Assembly (NCBI GenBank): GCA_030141605.1
Contig: JAQGDQ010000050.1
Coordinates: forward strand, 445,971 to 509,970
Direction: 5' to 3'
Length of the DNA: 64,000 nucleotides
DNA from: Tubiluchus corallicola
Lineage: Eukaryota; Animalia; Priapulida
Position numbers and translations under genes: made by a program. Each line of letters starts with the position of its first letter. The first letter of the stretch is position 1. The notes under the pieces are model-generated. The model worked only from the letters and a program-made list of their open reading frames with translations. It was not told the DNA's origin and made no database searches. This document shows positions 1 to 14,694 of the stretch, in pieces.

Positions 1-339
1 ACGATTGTGGTTTCTGCGGAATAACAATTAGCAACTTCTGCCAGAGTCATGATAGTTTTTTAGGGAGTTGTTTAATTATACTAGTTTCGGCAAAATTGGT
101 ACCTACAGCAGTAAACCGACATTTTGGACAGACTTGAAACATACTACAAAGTAATGTGCAGGCAATTTCCCAGTATAGCTCCTGCCATGAAGTCATCACT
201 ACATCCGGTACCAATAAAACCATGGTAAGTCTATGATACGTTTTACTTGCTTATAGACAAGCTTTGTGAACTTTACTAAAGGTGAAGCCATGCATCAGTC
301 GGAATACTATCTGTAGAGAAATTCTAGCTAGATATCTCT

Positions 340-660
340 ATCAGTCCAAGTCTAGCCAGACTAGACTTCTTATAGGTCAGACCTCAGACAAACTAGCCAC
401 GCACTAGATCAGACCGAGTCGGAGTCAGACTATATCTAGATCAGAAAGAAACTTACTCACTCCAACGATTAATACAAATTCAGATCCAACAATAAACTAC
501 GACCAAACCTATATTAGTTTGTTACATAATGCATCATTTTTTTTACATAATGATTGTTCCATAAGGACGAATTTTGTGATTTGTTATATAATGTATCATT
601 TTTTGTTACACAGTACAGCATTATTGCATAATGATCTGTGTGTTACATATTGAACCATAA
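340..660 (+). repeat. Interspersed composite repeat (agacc-rich block plus gttacataatg-rich block), copy 1
   Basis: Homologous to the reverse complement of 62550-63000, e.g. tcagacaaac(t/c)agccac and attttgtgatttgtta(t/c)ataatg. Confidence 0.8.
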
Positions 661-3180
661 CACACGATCAATCTCTTATTAAGTTCTAAAAACCCAAAAG
701 CACGATTCCTGGAAGAAACAGTGAGAGCTTATTACACAGTCGGATTTGATGAGAAAAAGTTGCAATCTACGAAGCTTACAAAAATTTCAAGTTACAAAGT
801 AATTACGTTACAATACAATATGTCAACCACACATGTTTACGTAGTTATTATTACAGGCTTTTAGGCCCGTTCATTTATTATTTGCTAGTAATTCTAACAA
901 AAAGGCTGTGTTGCTGTTACCTAACTGTTATTCTTGTTATGTAGTAGTATTGTTTCTAATTCACGTTTGTCATTCGTCATTTTATCTAAACTAAGAAAGA
1001 CGCAGCATGAGGTGGTTATTTAATGTACTATTTATCTGTGGAAATTTAGGATCGTTTAAAAGCGACTGCTGCTTTTACTGTCCATAACATAAAAATTATG
1101 GAAGGTTGCACATCGCAACCAAATCTGAATGTGGAACGTGTCTTTCACTGAGACTACCACAAGTGTAGCCATTGCGCATTCTTTTAGAACTTAATAGGTT
1201 AGAACAGTATAACAAATGTGCTTTAATGTACTTAACACACATACATTTGGCTTAGCTATTTTGAAAATGATGCAACATGCTGACACAACTTTGTAGTTTG
1301 CGAATAATGATTTTGCTGTGAATACAAAAGAAAAATAACTGAATGGTCATTTTGACTGCTTGGCTGTGAAGTCGGGCAGCGCTGAGCATGGCTAGTAAGT
1401 CGGCTGGGAAAGCTTCGTTGAGGGAGGGATTCGATGTATATGCCGAACCTGCCTTAGTCTTGATACGCCCTTTAAGTGCTAAATTTCGTAAATTTTTTTA
1501 AAAAATATTTAGAATATTATCTGTTTCCTGTTATTGCATGTCACTGCGTTTCATTTCATTAGACTGTTTACATTAGCATAAAACAATGAGCCTGTTCCCT
1601 CGCGTTTGACAAGTGAGAAAAACATCAAATGTAGCAATTTCGTTGTGCTAATTGACAATATGATGATCCATTTTATTAAAAAACATCCATTTTGGATTAC
1701 AAGACTTCAACAACGCCTACCTGTGTAATTTTCTCTGTGTCTTTATGTAACTTGATTTTTCTGAGAAAAATCGTTGGAAATTTGAAACGCCAACACATTT
1801 GCAGTAGTTATTTTGGAAGAAAAAGTTTTACCTGATATTGAAATCATGGGTCTTTTATAATTCGTGCATGACTTACAATACCCGGAAGAGAATAAAAATG
1901 ATAAAAGCGTGTGGCTCTAGCTAATATTTCAAGTTTGTTTCAAAGAAATCGAAATTTACGTCAGCCAAAGCAGCTCTTTTCAGCATGATATATGTTCTCT
2001 CTACAGTAATCCACTTTCATTGGAATTAGTTTAGATTTTATAACTCGACATATCAGCATAAATTGTGATCAACATCGAAACAGATCAATTTATGCGATGC
2101 AACGCAATATATCAGGGAAGATTTATTTTTCTTGGACGAAACAAGACAAGGAATAGATCGATAACATGTGGTCTTACTAGATTACGTAAGTAAGCACACT
2201 GGTCAGGCAGCCTGATGGAATAAGGTAGCTGACAACTGGATTACGTACTTTTAGCTTTTTTCTTAGAGCTGCTTCCATATGAAATTTTTCGTGAGCATAA
2301 CTTTCTCAGATTATACCTTTGGCACCGAGGAACGTTTATATACACTGTACTTCAAGATACTCTAGTCTAGATTTGTCAAAAGCCTATTTAGCTTTATAGT
2401 TTTTCCACATTGATTCGTCGAACGCAGTGCATAAACAAAATTTTTTCCATTTAAATGTGTGACGTCTACAAATTACCCGCAGTCTCCATCAGGGTAGATC
2501 CCTGCTTTCATATTATATTGTGGTTAATTTAGTGGGCATCATATTACTAGTTATTACTTATTATTCATCACTCATTACTCGTTATTCATTACTCATTATA
2601 TTCTCTTCTCTTCATTTTAATTCTTAATAAGCAATGTCCCTCGCCAGTGAGTCGCCATAGCGGCCCACTGAATAAATTCTAGGCGAATCTTGCCTAAGGA
2701 AAAACTCGGGCAGGTACGTCTACCCTTTCTACACATGAATCCGCTCCGTATTACAGTTCTTTTCCATTACTGCAAGTAATAGCAGGAAATATTATGTTCT
2801 AGCGAACAGTTTATTATGCTGTGCGTTGCCTAATGCACACGATTGGAGAACCTATTTGCTGAGCACTCAGAGAAGCACGTCACGGAAAAACAACATGTCA
2901 GTACCAGAAAAGCAAACAGGGCGAAGTGTGATAAATCTGTACATTTATATTATACAATAACCTATATATAGATATTATTGTAACACTCTACTTATTATGT
3001 ACTTTGCACGGGCTGCACGTTTCAAACCTGTGCAACTCTGCATCCACAGCACTTCGATTATTCTATTTCACCGTGAACTCTTCTATAAAATTTGTTACTA
3101 ACATTTTCATCTCCATTTAAACAATTAGAAACCATTATCTTCTTTAGATAGATCACGGTAAATTATTTACCACCCCTTTT

Positions 3181-3208
3181 TCTTCTCTTGTCTCTCTCCC
3201 CTCCCTCC

Positions 3209-3243
<35 letters not shown>

Positions 3244-3253
3244 CCCTCTTCTC
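3181..3253. repeat. (CT)n microsatellite
   Basis: Read directly. Confidence 0.95.
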
Positions 3254-3675
3254 GTGTACGTGAATTGACATGTTGCTCGCATGATCACAATGTGATATTT
3301 ACCAACAATCATTATTACTAATGTTCTGCAGAGCTCATAAGACCGTTGTTCAAGCTACCTCTGTTAGTAGATCAATATAACCAATTGTTCCTAGCTATTA
3401 CTGGAAAAGATATGTTACAAATATTTCAACCCGCATGCATGCCCTAACAAATATGCTCCATTTATTTTCAGTAGGTGACAGTTCTTTTGTGTATTGAGTT
3501 AGCGGTGATATACATACAGAGCACAACTTGCTGATGTTATTGAATTATTAATGTAAATACACTAACTGGAACACAACTAAGATAATATACACTCTATACA
3601 TCATCTAAACGAATGTAAAGCATCAGTAACAGAGAATTATCCCAATATTATATGTTTATAAATTTGAACATATAT

Positions 3676-3987
<312 letters not shown>

Positions 3988-4626
3988 CATCAGTAGAATA
4001 TCACTTGGCAAAGTAAATGTTCAATGCCTACATGGTTGCAACATGAAATAGCGGCATAATAGCCTCTTGCTTGCCGTGCACAAATTTGCGTTAAAAATGT
4101 TTTTTTTGGGGGGGGGTCCCATAAATGGGCCGTACCACCTACAAGGCGCACCTGAAAATTAGTACTGCCACCCACGCAAGAGGTACATGGTCCCCTCTAT
4201 CATTTTTTATAGGAAAAAAACTGGTCACCAGACTGAGTGAAAGAAACCAATTTTTGAGCCTTGGGCTCCCGAACTAATTAGTTTTTATAGAAACTTTAAA
4301 GATGGTGTCCCTGTGGTGTAGTAGTGTAACGGGTAAAATTTGTGTAGTAAACTGTTGAACGAAAGTTGTCTCTGCATTGATACGTGTACTTTTTGAGCAC
4401 ACACGGTTGCTCTTTAGTATTTTTTTTGTTTAAACCCTGATTGTGACCTCTCAATCCTCAAACAGGATTGCGACCCCTCAAAAAATGGGTGCCAGTTTTT
4501 TCAAGCCCATTTAGGACATTTTATGCGCCACTACTCTGAGTTGGGACCAATTCAGAGAAATGTCGCTTATTCACTATACACATACCTGAAAATCACAGGA
4601 AAAGTTGTCCTTTTATTCTGGCACAC

Positions 4627-4720
4627 CATATAGAACACAAGTAGTATCACTCAACTATAAACTTTTACAAGTTTCTGTTATAGATGCGTTAGTTGAGTGA
4701 TACTACATGTGTTTTATGTG
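4627..4720. other. Long hairpin (31-bp stem, 32-nt loop)
   Basis: catatagaacacaagtagtatcactcaacta (4627-4657) pairs with tagttgagtgatactacatgtgttttatgtg (4690-4720): 28 Watson-Crick pairs, 2 G-U, 1 mismatch. Confidence 0.85.
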
Positions 4721-5081
4721 CATATGTACTAAAGAGCGTTGAACCTTATACTACTGCAAGGCTTACAACTTGTCAACTATAGTTGATGTCGTCGAAAAGA
4801 ACGTAGTATTGTTTGCTGTTCAGTGTTCAGCTTTGAGGTAATGGACTATTAAGTAATTATTTATGTCTCCATTTATATTGGTTATAGCTAGATTTTTTAT
4901 CATGGCCCTAATACGTTTTCGTACCTATATGATTATGCATAAATTTTGTTATACAGGACTCGGTGTCTGCGAGCACTCGATATGATGTTAAATAAATATG
5001 AGTTTTCATTATTATAAAAGCGTGCAGATAATATTCCAAATACAGAACTTTTTATTTTCTGATTCTCAATTCCTTTTTCAG

Positions 5082-7346
5082 TGTGATGTCAGTGCGCGGA
5101 TAGATGTCTGGTAAGTTTGGCTTGCACTGGGTGTATTCTTGTTATTATTTGGATATTCTTACATAATTTCTTCAAACGGATCATATGAAATAGGTATGTA
5201 GTCCTCCTAATAAAAATTTACTCTGCATTGGTACTTACTACATAGGTGCACCTGTGCTATATAGGTTGATTTTTCCATTATTTCTGCCAAGACGCTAGAA
5301 TTTACATCCTAAACTGGGGAACAAAGAGCAGGAAGTCATAGTGAATTCAAAGTCAGACCGCATAAGCCGTGTCTTGCAGTTAGGACTAGAAGTTAGAAAA
5401 CAAGTAATGGTGCAGAGTTGCAGCTTAAGGATAAAATATGGCATATACAATGTTGACATGGCAAATCCATTCCGTTGTAGTTCTCAGCAACCTGTTCGAC
5501 GCCTTTTCTAATGGCGATAAGTGAGTAGCATTAGCGTAAACGTCTCCTAAAAAATTTTACGCACGTTTTTGTTCGGTCCCAAAACTTGTCGTATGGTAAG
5601 AATATCCTGTTTATTAGTAATTAATTGGCGTTTATTTGTTTTGTGTGGATGTACTGGTGGAAACTAGCGGTACTAGTTGTTCTGGGTGTAAAAATGTGAA
5701 GTAAAAAGTCAGTTCACTTCGATTCAAATTTATCATAGTCACCATTACCATCATTTCGTCGGTACCACTATTAGGATGAGTAACAGATGATTAATTTGAA
5801 TTGTTTAAAAATATAAATTGAGAGCCGAATTTCTCTCAGGTAATAAGTAATGACGAACTTGCATTCATTTTAAGCTTTAGTAAAGAACTAAGGGCCTACA
5901 TATTCTCGTTAAAAGTCAACTTGAAGAACTCAAGAAGAATTGAAGAAATCTGTTGGCTGGGGATTGGAAGCTGGTAAGACCGTACATGTTTCTAAGTATC
6001 GTGTGAGCATAACATAAATAAAAGCATTAATGTGTCACTCTGAGAAAAACTTCGGGAACATAATATCTTGCGTAACAAAGTCATGTACGCCTTGTCCATA
6101 TGGATCATGGTAGAATTCAAAGCGGCGAATTCTTTCTGTTGTCACCGTCTATACTACTTTCTTATACGTGTATACATCATTTGATTTTAAATTTAAGCCT
6201 ATCTACAATGATTATCACTAGGGGTTATATACTCTGTCTCTTCTATGCCAGCAGGCAGATTTTTGAATAGTTGTGAAAAATGTTGTTATATCAACAATTT
6301 TACAGTTAAAACTTTTTTCTTTAACGGATATAATTTATTTTACCTTACTGGAACATAACTGATGCCAATCTTTCCATTTGAATTGATATATTTCGGAAAA
6401 ACTATCATTGTTTGTTCGTTTTAGTGCGAAGAGTTCGTCCTTCACTGGTTGGATTTCAGGATGTATCATTCGTTATGAATGATTTTAAATTTCACAGCAA
6501 CCACGTGACTGGCATTTTTGGCGGCTCACATCCGAAAGACCAACGTTCTGAGGTTATTAATCGCTGATTGAAAAATATTGACTATCACTGGAATGATCGA
6601 ACTAATCTTTATCGATTGAGCAAGGTATTATCATTCTTGATGATGTGCATAAACTTGCTCATTGCATGACACCGAAATCTGCATTGACTAACTAGAGACT
6701 AACCTTCGTGGCATTAGTCATGACTGGAGTGGAAGAAGAAAAACAAAACAGCGTCAGAGATTTTACCTGAACTAAATTATTCATCTCTTGCCAAACTGCT
6801 GAAAAGGGAATTGCAACAAGATACGGGAATCCAGCAAATGTGAAAAAGTCTAAAAGATGACTTTACATTCACATTTGTTCGTCATCCATTTGAAAGGCTT
6901 CTTTCCGCTTACAGAGACAAATTGGCGCCAGGCGTTCCCAGTGGTGGCAAATTCTATCAAAAATATGCCAGATCAATGAGCCCGTATCACGACAGTTCCA
7001 CTTTCACTTTTGCACATTTTGTGAATGATCTTGTTGGCCATTCTCACCATTCGTTTGAAGTGCACTGAGCAAGATTGACTTGTGCAATCCTTGTGCTACA
7101 CGCTGTCAATTCGTAGGAATAACTGAAAATTTAAAGCAAGAGTCGGATCATCTCCTTAGATTGCTTGGATTAGATCATATCTCTTTTCCTCACAGTGGTA
7201 ACGTGAAATCTGAGACTCTAATGAGTAAATATTATGCAAATATTGACGATGCTACATTGAGAAAATTGTATCGCACGTATGAAGCTGATTTTAAGTTGTA
7301 TAACTTTAGTTATTATCGTCCAGGTAAGTCTAAGAGATCTGTCTAA
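5082..7346 (+). pseudogene. Unprocessed pseudogene of a Golgi carbohydrate sulfotransferase (Sulfotransfer_2, CHST8-14/HNK-1ST family)
   Basis: Exon A 5082-5193 (tttttcag|, ag|gtatgt) has a signal-anchor-like VWLALGVFLLLFGYSYII out of frame with its ATGs. Exon B starts at 6425. It carries the 5'-PSB motif IILDDVHKLAHCMTPKSALTN*R (TAG at 6693 replaces W), the 3'-PB motif FTFVRHPFERLLSAYRDKL (6868-6924) and FEVH* (TGA replaces W). A frameshift then leads into LCNPCATRCQFVGITENLKQESD...LYRTYEADFKLYNFSY. Several stops and frameshifts; AATAAA signals near 7825-7893. Confidence 0.9.
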
Positions 7347-8059
7347 TAGCAAAAGCTATGTTCAATAGCTTTTTATTTATTTTGCAATGCCTTTCCTAAA
7401 TTCTCATTTTTAGTAATAGTATTTCTTGTTTTTTAGTAATTTTAATTAAAATATGAAAATATGCTGATTTTACTGTGAACGTATTGCAATGCGTTGTGTT
7501 TATTTTATAATGCTTTTCTTAATTTCTTGTTTTTCATTTATAATAGTATTTTTATTTTTAATAATTACTAACCACACTTGATTAGTAATGGAAATAACGT
7601 TATGTTTTTACATATCCAAGTAAAAAATAAATTTCTATTTTATTAATCCTAAGGGGCTTTAATTATGGTAAAAAGTTATTACTTTTATTTCAAACAAGTT
7701 TTTGTGTTTGAGATGCTTTTTTCAAGACAAGTTCGTGTTTTGTTTTTCAGTATTGTTACAAGCCATTTTCTACGTATTTCGCGTACATGTTTTATGTAAC
7801 TTTTGATTAAAGTAATTACAACTGAAATAAACCTGAATAAAACTAAAGAAAATCATAAACTACTTTGAAATGAACACTTATCAGCTGAATAAAAAATGTT
7901 TTTGGGGTAGGAACTTGTGTATTACTCATTCAACTAAAATATATTTAAAGAAAATTTACCGTGAGAGCAAGAATTAGTTTTCATCGGCTGTCCTGCTCGT
8001 AGCAGTCGACACTCTTGTTTTCTTATTAAAGGTAACCAGTTGTTCCATTGCTTTCCAGT

Positions 8060-8290
8060 GGACAGGTCGGATTGCAATTCAATGCTGTGCTTTCAAGACA
8101 TTTTATAATGAAAGGAAATCACGAAGTTTCGAAATTTCAAGCAATAAACGCGTAAAATGTGAATCATAAAATCATCTACTGGAATTCCCTTGATACATGA
8201 CCCAATTCTATTTCTTCGAGAAATGAGATACTCTGCAGACTTAGAACTTCGTATGGTAATCACATTTTGTACTCTCTCCATTCGAATAAC
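8060..8290 (-). mobile_element. CR1-like LINE C-terminal fragment
   Basis: MERVQ... followed in shifted frames by a RDFLS.YKCL-like segment, as in CR1 'LERVQ...DL.FFYKCL'. Confidence 0.4.
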
Positions 8291-8378
8291 GCATTAATGG
8301 TTTGGATAGAGATGCAAATGTCAGGCTTACATAAAAATATATACATATATATTTAGCGTGAGAGTAAGGACTCTCTAA

Positions 8379-8379
<1 letters not shown>

Positions 8380-8415
<36 letters not shown>

Positions 8416-8474
8416 TAATGGTTGTTGTTGTTTTTGTTGTTATTATTCTATTATTTTTATTTTAATGCTGCTAT

Positions 8475-8527
<53 letters not shown>

Positions 8528-8622
8528 AAATTTGGGTTTATTTTCGAAAGTTTAATAAATTCTAAGTTTAACTCGTCATAAATGTCTAAAGAATTTTAAT
8601 TCCATCTCTCTCTCTCTCTCGC

Positions 8623-8666
<44 letters not shown>

Positions 8667-8824
8667 TCCCTCCCTCCCGCTCACTCTCTCTCTGTGTCTC
8701 TTTCTCTTTCTCTCTGCTCTCTCTCTCTTTTTCTCTCTGTGTGTATGCGTGCGTGTGTGCGCGCGTGTGTGTGTGCGTGTATGCGTGCGTGTGTGTGGGT
8801 GGGTGTGCGTGTGTGTGTGTGTGT
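8380..8824. repeat. Microsatellite cluster (AAT)n, (TAC)n, (CT)n, (GT)n
   Basis: Read directly. Confidence 0.95.
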
Positions 8825-9839
8825 CTTTCTGATTCCAGCTTGCTGTCAGTCTAATTAAAATTTAAAATACTCGTGTCTTTCTTGTAAACGTGGCTATTCA
8901 GTAAGTTAACAAGACCGTGAGATCATTTAGCCTCTGTTGCTAATTTCCTGAGGAAAGTTAATCTCTGAGTGAAACTGACAGATTCACCAGATCATCCTAG
9001 CTGAAGAGACGATGAATGCTCAGTAGATTTTACTGTTGTCATTACAGTTTGTTCTTGAAAATATGACGTCGCGAAGGATTGCTACAATTAAAATAATTAA
9101 CAAATGGGCAAATATAGACCTGGTTCATCGATTTACCATCTGATGCTTGCAAACAGCAAGTAATTTGCAAAACAGCTTAACCTTAAGTGAATGTGGTAAT
9201 TGCAAATGCGATTGTCTAATAGCTAATTATAGCTTTTCTTCCTCTTGCTGGGTGCATAGCCGATCGTGTGCATCGCGACCGATAGTCCGAGATTAATATA
9301 CGCCGTGAATAATTGCCTCAGCTCAACACTCGCTCTGGTTGGTATCGTTCGTCATACTCGCTGTTTAGGGGAGGATGGATACACATAGGACTCTGGCTAA
9401 GACAAGCCACAAATCCCCGTCTTTTGACTAGACACCGTTCTTAGCTCGAACATTTCAAGGGCCAAATGGATAAGACAGCTCTGTCGGTTTATCTTATAGT
9501 TAGCCTTCAAAACAAGCCAGATTGGTCTCGTCACAAATGTCGTCATTGGAAAAGGCCCTGTCATTGAATCCGTTTTGAGCAGCTGACTGAAAAAATTGAG
9601 TTTCAATCCATGGATAAGATAGTTTCTCTCTATGCCTGAATTATTGCCTGAAATACACTGCAGGTATTATGCTATCTTACCTCCAACGTGCTACATCCGG
9701 GCTCCACAAGACCATCCGTTTTGTCCACAGAAGACGCATTGCGTAGCTTCTCAGACTTCGATCCTAAAAGAAGGTTATGATAATATTATAGTGCTGTCAG
9801 AGCAATGCGTAATACATAACTTTAAAAATTTAACATGTT

Positions 9840-10338
<499 letters not shown>

Positions 10339-11372
10339 GCATGATATCACAACTCAGCGGAGTCTACCCAAGACTGAACCAAACCACGTATGTTATGTCT
10401 CCCTTGGGGGGGGGGGGGGTTCTGGATACAAGGGAGACCAAGGAAAGCAATAAAGACAACTTTAGTCTTTCCTACATGCGAGAATTATTAAGTTCCAAGA
10501 TTTAATTTGGCGGTAAAAATGCAACCCCATTTCACCGTGCCAACATATTTTTGCCGGAACTGTACTGACTTATCTAAAATATAGTAAATTACAGTACACA
10601 CATTTAAGTGTTTGCTATGGTTGTATTCTCAATCAATGCGGGCCAGCTTATTTCTTTGTTTTAAAAACACAGCAATTATTTTATACTAGAAATACCAGCT
10701 ATTTAAAACTTAAAACCACCATTAATTTTGAATTGTTGTCTTGTTTCGCCAGTGTCACCTGTTCATGGACAAGATGGCGGGCGTCTTGAGATGTAAAAAT
10801 GGGCACAATTTTGAAAAAAAATGTTTTCTGTTTAATTTTTTGTGAAAAATTTTCTGTGTCCATAATTAGGCTAATTAAATGATTCCGACGCTTCTCCCCA
10901 ATTTCGACCTACGTGCACTGGAATCACTGGAATCATTTTTATAAGTTTCGCGTTTATTTTATTCATTACAACTGAAGATGAACAATCATCAAATCTATGT
11001 GAAAAAACACACATATAGCAAAGTAACTAATAATAAATAATAACAAATTAAACCGAGGAGACTATGGCATGGTGTATACTTTTATACCTGTTGCTATAAA
11101 ACATGGGATTTGCAGGTTCAGTTTCCTATCTTTTTTAATCTACAGCAATAAGAAATTACATTGAATTTCAAAGCGCAGCGCGCGCGTGTATTGACAAGTC
11201 TGAGCGTAATGCTATCTCTGTTTTCATGCCTAGGACACATAAAATGCAAAACATGTCGCTAATTGGCAATAAAATGTATGAATATAAAATGGAAAAGCTC
11301 AAACAATTTGGACAATACAGGAAAAGAAAGGGGAAAGGGAGTACAAAGTGCAAAAAGAAAAACAGAGAGAGA

Positions 11373-11376
<4 letters not shown>

Positions 11377-11433
<57 letters not shown>
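11377..11433. repeat. (GA)n microsatellite
   Basis: Read directly. Confidence 0.97.
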
Positions 11434-11436
<3 letters not shown>

Positions 11437-13494
11437 GAGTGCAGAAAATGGGTGAGCGAGAGAGAGAGAAAGACAAAGAGGGAGAGAAGGAGCCTGGAAG
11501 AGAGGAGAGAGGAGGAAAAAAGAGAGGGAAGAAAGATTTAAACTCTCTTATAATTAAATTTATGTAGATCTAATACAGACTGTGTTATTTTGGGTAGTTT
11601 CTACATTCTTAATCTTTTGCAAATGACTGCACATCAAATAGAAATAGTGAAACAAATAATGAAAATTTTTAAAATGAACTCTTCACGTAGCATGACAATA
11701 TCGTTCAAAATAAAAAACAGATTCTCCTCGGCACTAAACCACGCCTTCCTGGCCTTGTATCAACAAACACTTGCTGGCTGACCGGGCCTTGGTCGTGCAT
11801 AATCATCGTACACAAACGTCGTGCACGAAAGGAAAAGGCGTCCAATACATGTGCACTGCGTTGAACATGAAATGTGCTTTAAATTCTAAATGTACCTAAA
11901 GTGAGACAAGTGACGTATATTTTGAAACTTTAGATAGGTGTTACACAATCGAGTAGAAAATAAATGATTGTATCCTATCGACTGTATACCAAACGAGATA
12001 ACAGCATAAACATTAATGGCATTTAGACTTCGAGTTCTAAGATCTGACCACAAAAAGTGTTGCTAAAATAACAAACAGCATGATCATTCATAATAGCAAA
12101 AATTACAAATGTCGGTTCCAAAGCTAAGTACTCACGTTTGTTTGTTTTAAAGTACTGTGGCATGGCACTGTCCCTGCTGCAAAGGTAAGTGTTTTGCTAT
12201 TAACTTTTTTGAAGGTAGAAAACACCTTACCGGAAATATATGCTTAGTATTTTTATAAACAAAAAGGTTTAAAACAGAAAGTTTCGCTGATTTGTTTCTC
12301 AAGTGGGTGAAGGTTGCACAGTCATGGTGAAGTCACGTGATTCGAACAGAACCCGATGGCAATAACTGCCTTAGAGAATTCACACTGTTAGTAATGATGT
12401 GGATACATTGATCACTTTTCAAGCTTCGTTATTATTTACCACTATTACAGACACCTATTCTTTAATTACTGCGCATAGTAATAATAGTTTTAGCAAAACC
12501 AGGCTTGTCTTGGTCGTTATCATCGCATGTACACGTGCAAAACAGCTCATATATACAATTCAGTGACGTGAAAGAAGTAAGGCACCATCAAAATAGTTCC
12601 TCAGCACTTGATTACTTGTTTATTTATTTATTTATTTCGACGACGTAATAAAGAAACCATTTATCATCGCTAAACTATACAAAATTCGTTGGCATTGACG
12701 CAAGTTTTATGTGTCTGCAGTTGCTTAGTTTCAGCTATCGAAATACGTATGAACTACAGGAAGCCACGCAAGCTAGCACCAGCACTCAGTGAGGCACAAA
12801 CCAGAAATAACAACGTAATCAATACGTTTAGCTATTATAACGTCGGTAGACGTCATAGGCATAGCTCTGTGGACCGAAATATGTTTCAGGCGTATAAATT
12901 ATGAATACTAGTGCTAAGTGATGTAGCATCAGTACATTAAAGGCTTTCCTGGGTTATGAGTATCAGGAAAAGTTAACGCATCGTGTAGTGCATCTATTCA
13001 CGTTGGGTGCGATGAAAAATGAAACGAAATGATAGGCAACACAGAGCACACAAGAAAAATACATTATGTAATACACGAGAAAATTTATGTTCATTACGCA
13101 GATAGTAGTCTGCAATTTCATGTGGCTATGCTAGGAACGCAGATAGTAAGTTTGACAAGCAAGATAAATACATTTTTATTTTTTCTAAATTTCTAGGCTT
13201 TTTTCCAGTAGGGGGTAACTTATCTTTTGGCGACACGTCTTACCTCTTTTCGACTCAAGTTGCAATGTCAATTTTTGCCTTGCTTCTCTACTCTCTGCAA
13301 CCGTTTTCCGCTAAGTTAACCTTGTACAGCTTTCAAATTCTTGCTTCTATTAATTCTATTTGGCTTTCTCCATGGTTTTGTCGTTCAGCTGGATGATTAT
13401 AATCATTACTGAAGTAAGAAGTTGCATTATACACAATTTTTTTTTACTTTCTATGACACTTGGGGTCTATCCGAAATCTGGCTCTCCTTCTTTT

Positions 13495-13502
13495 GCTCTC
13501 TT

Positions 13503-13560
<58 letters not shown>

Positions 13561-13605
13561 TTCTTTCTCTCTTTCTACCTTCCCTCTTCTCCCTCTCTCT
13601 TTCTT
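13495..13605. repeat. (CT)n microsatellite
   Basis: Read directly. Confidence 0.95.
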
Positions 13606-14694
13606 TTCACCATTTTCTTGTAAGTGTAACAAATGTTTTTTCTTTTAGTAGCTGTGAGTGACAAACAAGCCTTAAAATTCAGTTGTGTAGAAGGTATGAT
13701 ATGACCACGAGAGATTAAAACATAAAAAATATCAGGGATTTGGAAAAAAGTAGCAAGAGATCAATTGGTTAGCCAGTTGGCTACTATTTACTTTAGCGGC
13801 TATAATTAGCACCAGGGATTTATTAAACCTGTCCGTCATTTTTAAAAGTAATACATGTATATACATTATAAAATATATAAGTACTATAGTGTGTCTATAG
13901 TACTATTCTGGCAGGCATATGCATATATGGAACAGTGATTGCCCTTTTGCTGCCTTTCGCGCAAGATCACCCACATTAAGTTGCTTAAAACAAGCGAAAA
14001 TGAAGAAATGAGGGATCCTGATCACCTGATATCAAAGTAAATTTGTCTCCTTTCAAGATGTCTGTCTTTCTTTCTTTCTCTCCACCCTCCGTTTGAGAAA
14101 TTGTAAACATTCAACAGTTTTTAATTACTGTAAATTCTTAAATGTATGAAAGTTTGCTAGAAACAAGAAATTAAAGTTTAAGTGTTTCTTGTATCCCAAT
14201 GTGACATAAGCAGAATACTGTTTACATTCCATTGGCCCATCTCCTTCAGAGACCGCCTTTACGCTTCTCAAATGACTCCATATAAATTCTTTTAAAAATC
14301 AGAAGCTACATGTTGTCCATAAACCTGTTCAACTTGCAAAGTTCAGTCAAAGATAACCAACATAGGCAATGCGCGCATTGCTACATGAAGTATTATAAAA
14401 GTGAAAATAAAAAAATAATATATTTGTGAACACTTACGATAATGTGGTTACGATATTATTAGATGATTCCTATGACGCTAACAGCAAAATTTTTCGAATC
14501 ACAATGTTTGCTCATATGAGTCAATAATGCATTTACCTAATTCCAACGCACGTTTTTTGAGACAGACGATAGGTTTACATGGGCGCAATCAATTACATTG
14601 AAAAAATGGACGAAAAGAGCTCAAAAATATCAATTTAATATTAGTGAGCAATGGGTTGATAAAAGTCAATTTATACAGGCACTCACACATCATA

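Noticed and set aside
1-225. LRR-like peptide RLWFLRNNN*QLLPES followed by a gtaagt donor
   Set aside because: Too short, interrupted by stops and cut by the window edge.
7080-7346. Stand-alone 88-aa gene
   Set aside because: It is only the C-terminal fragment of the disabled sulfotransferase, after a stop and frameshift.
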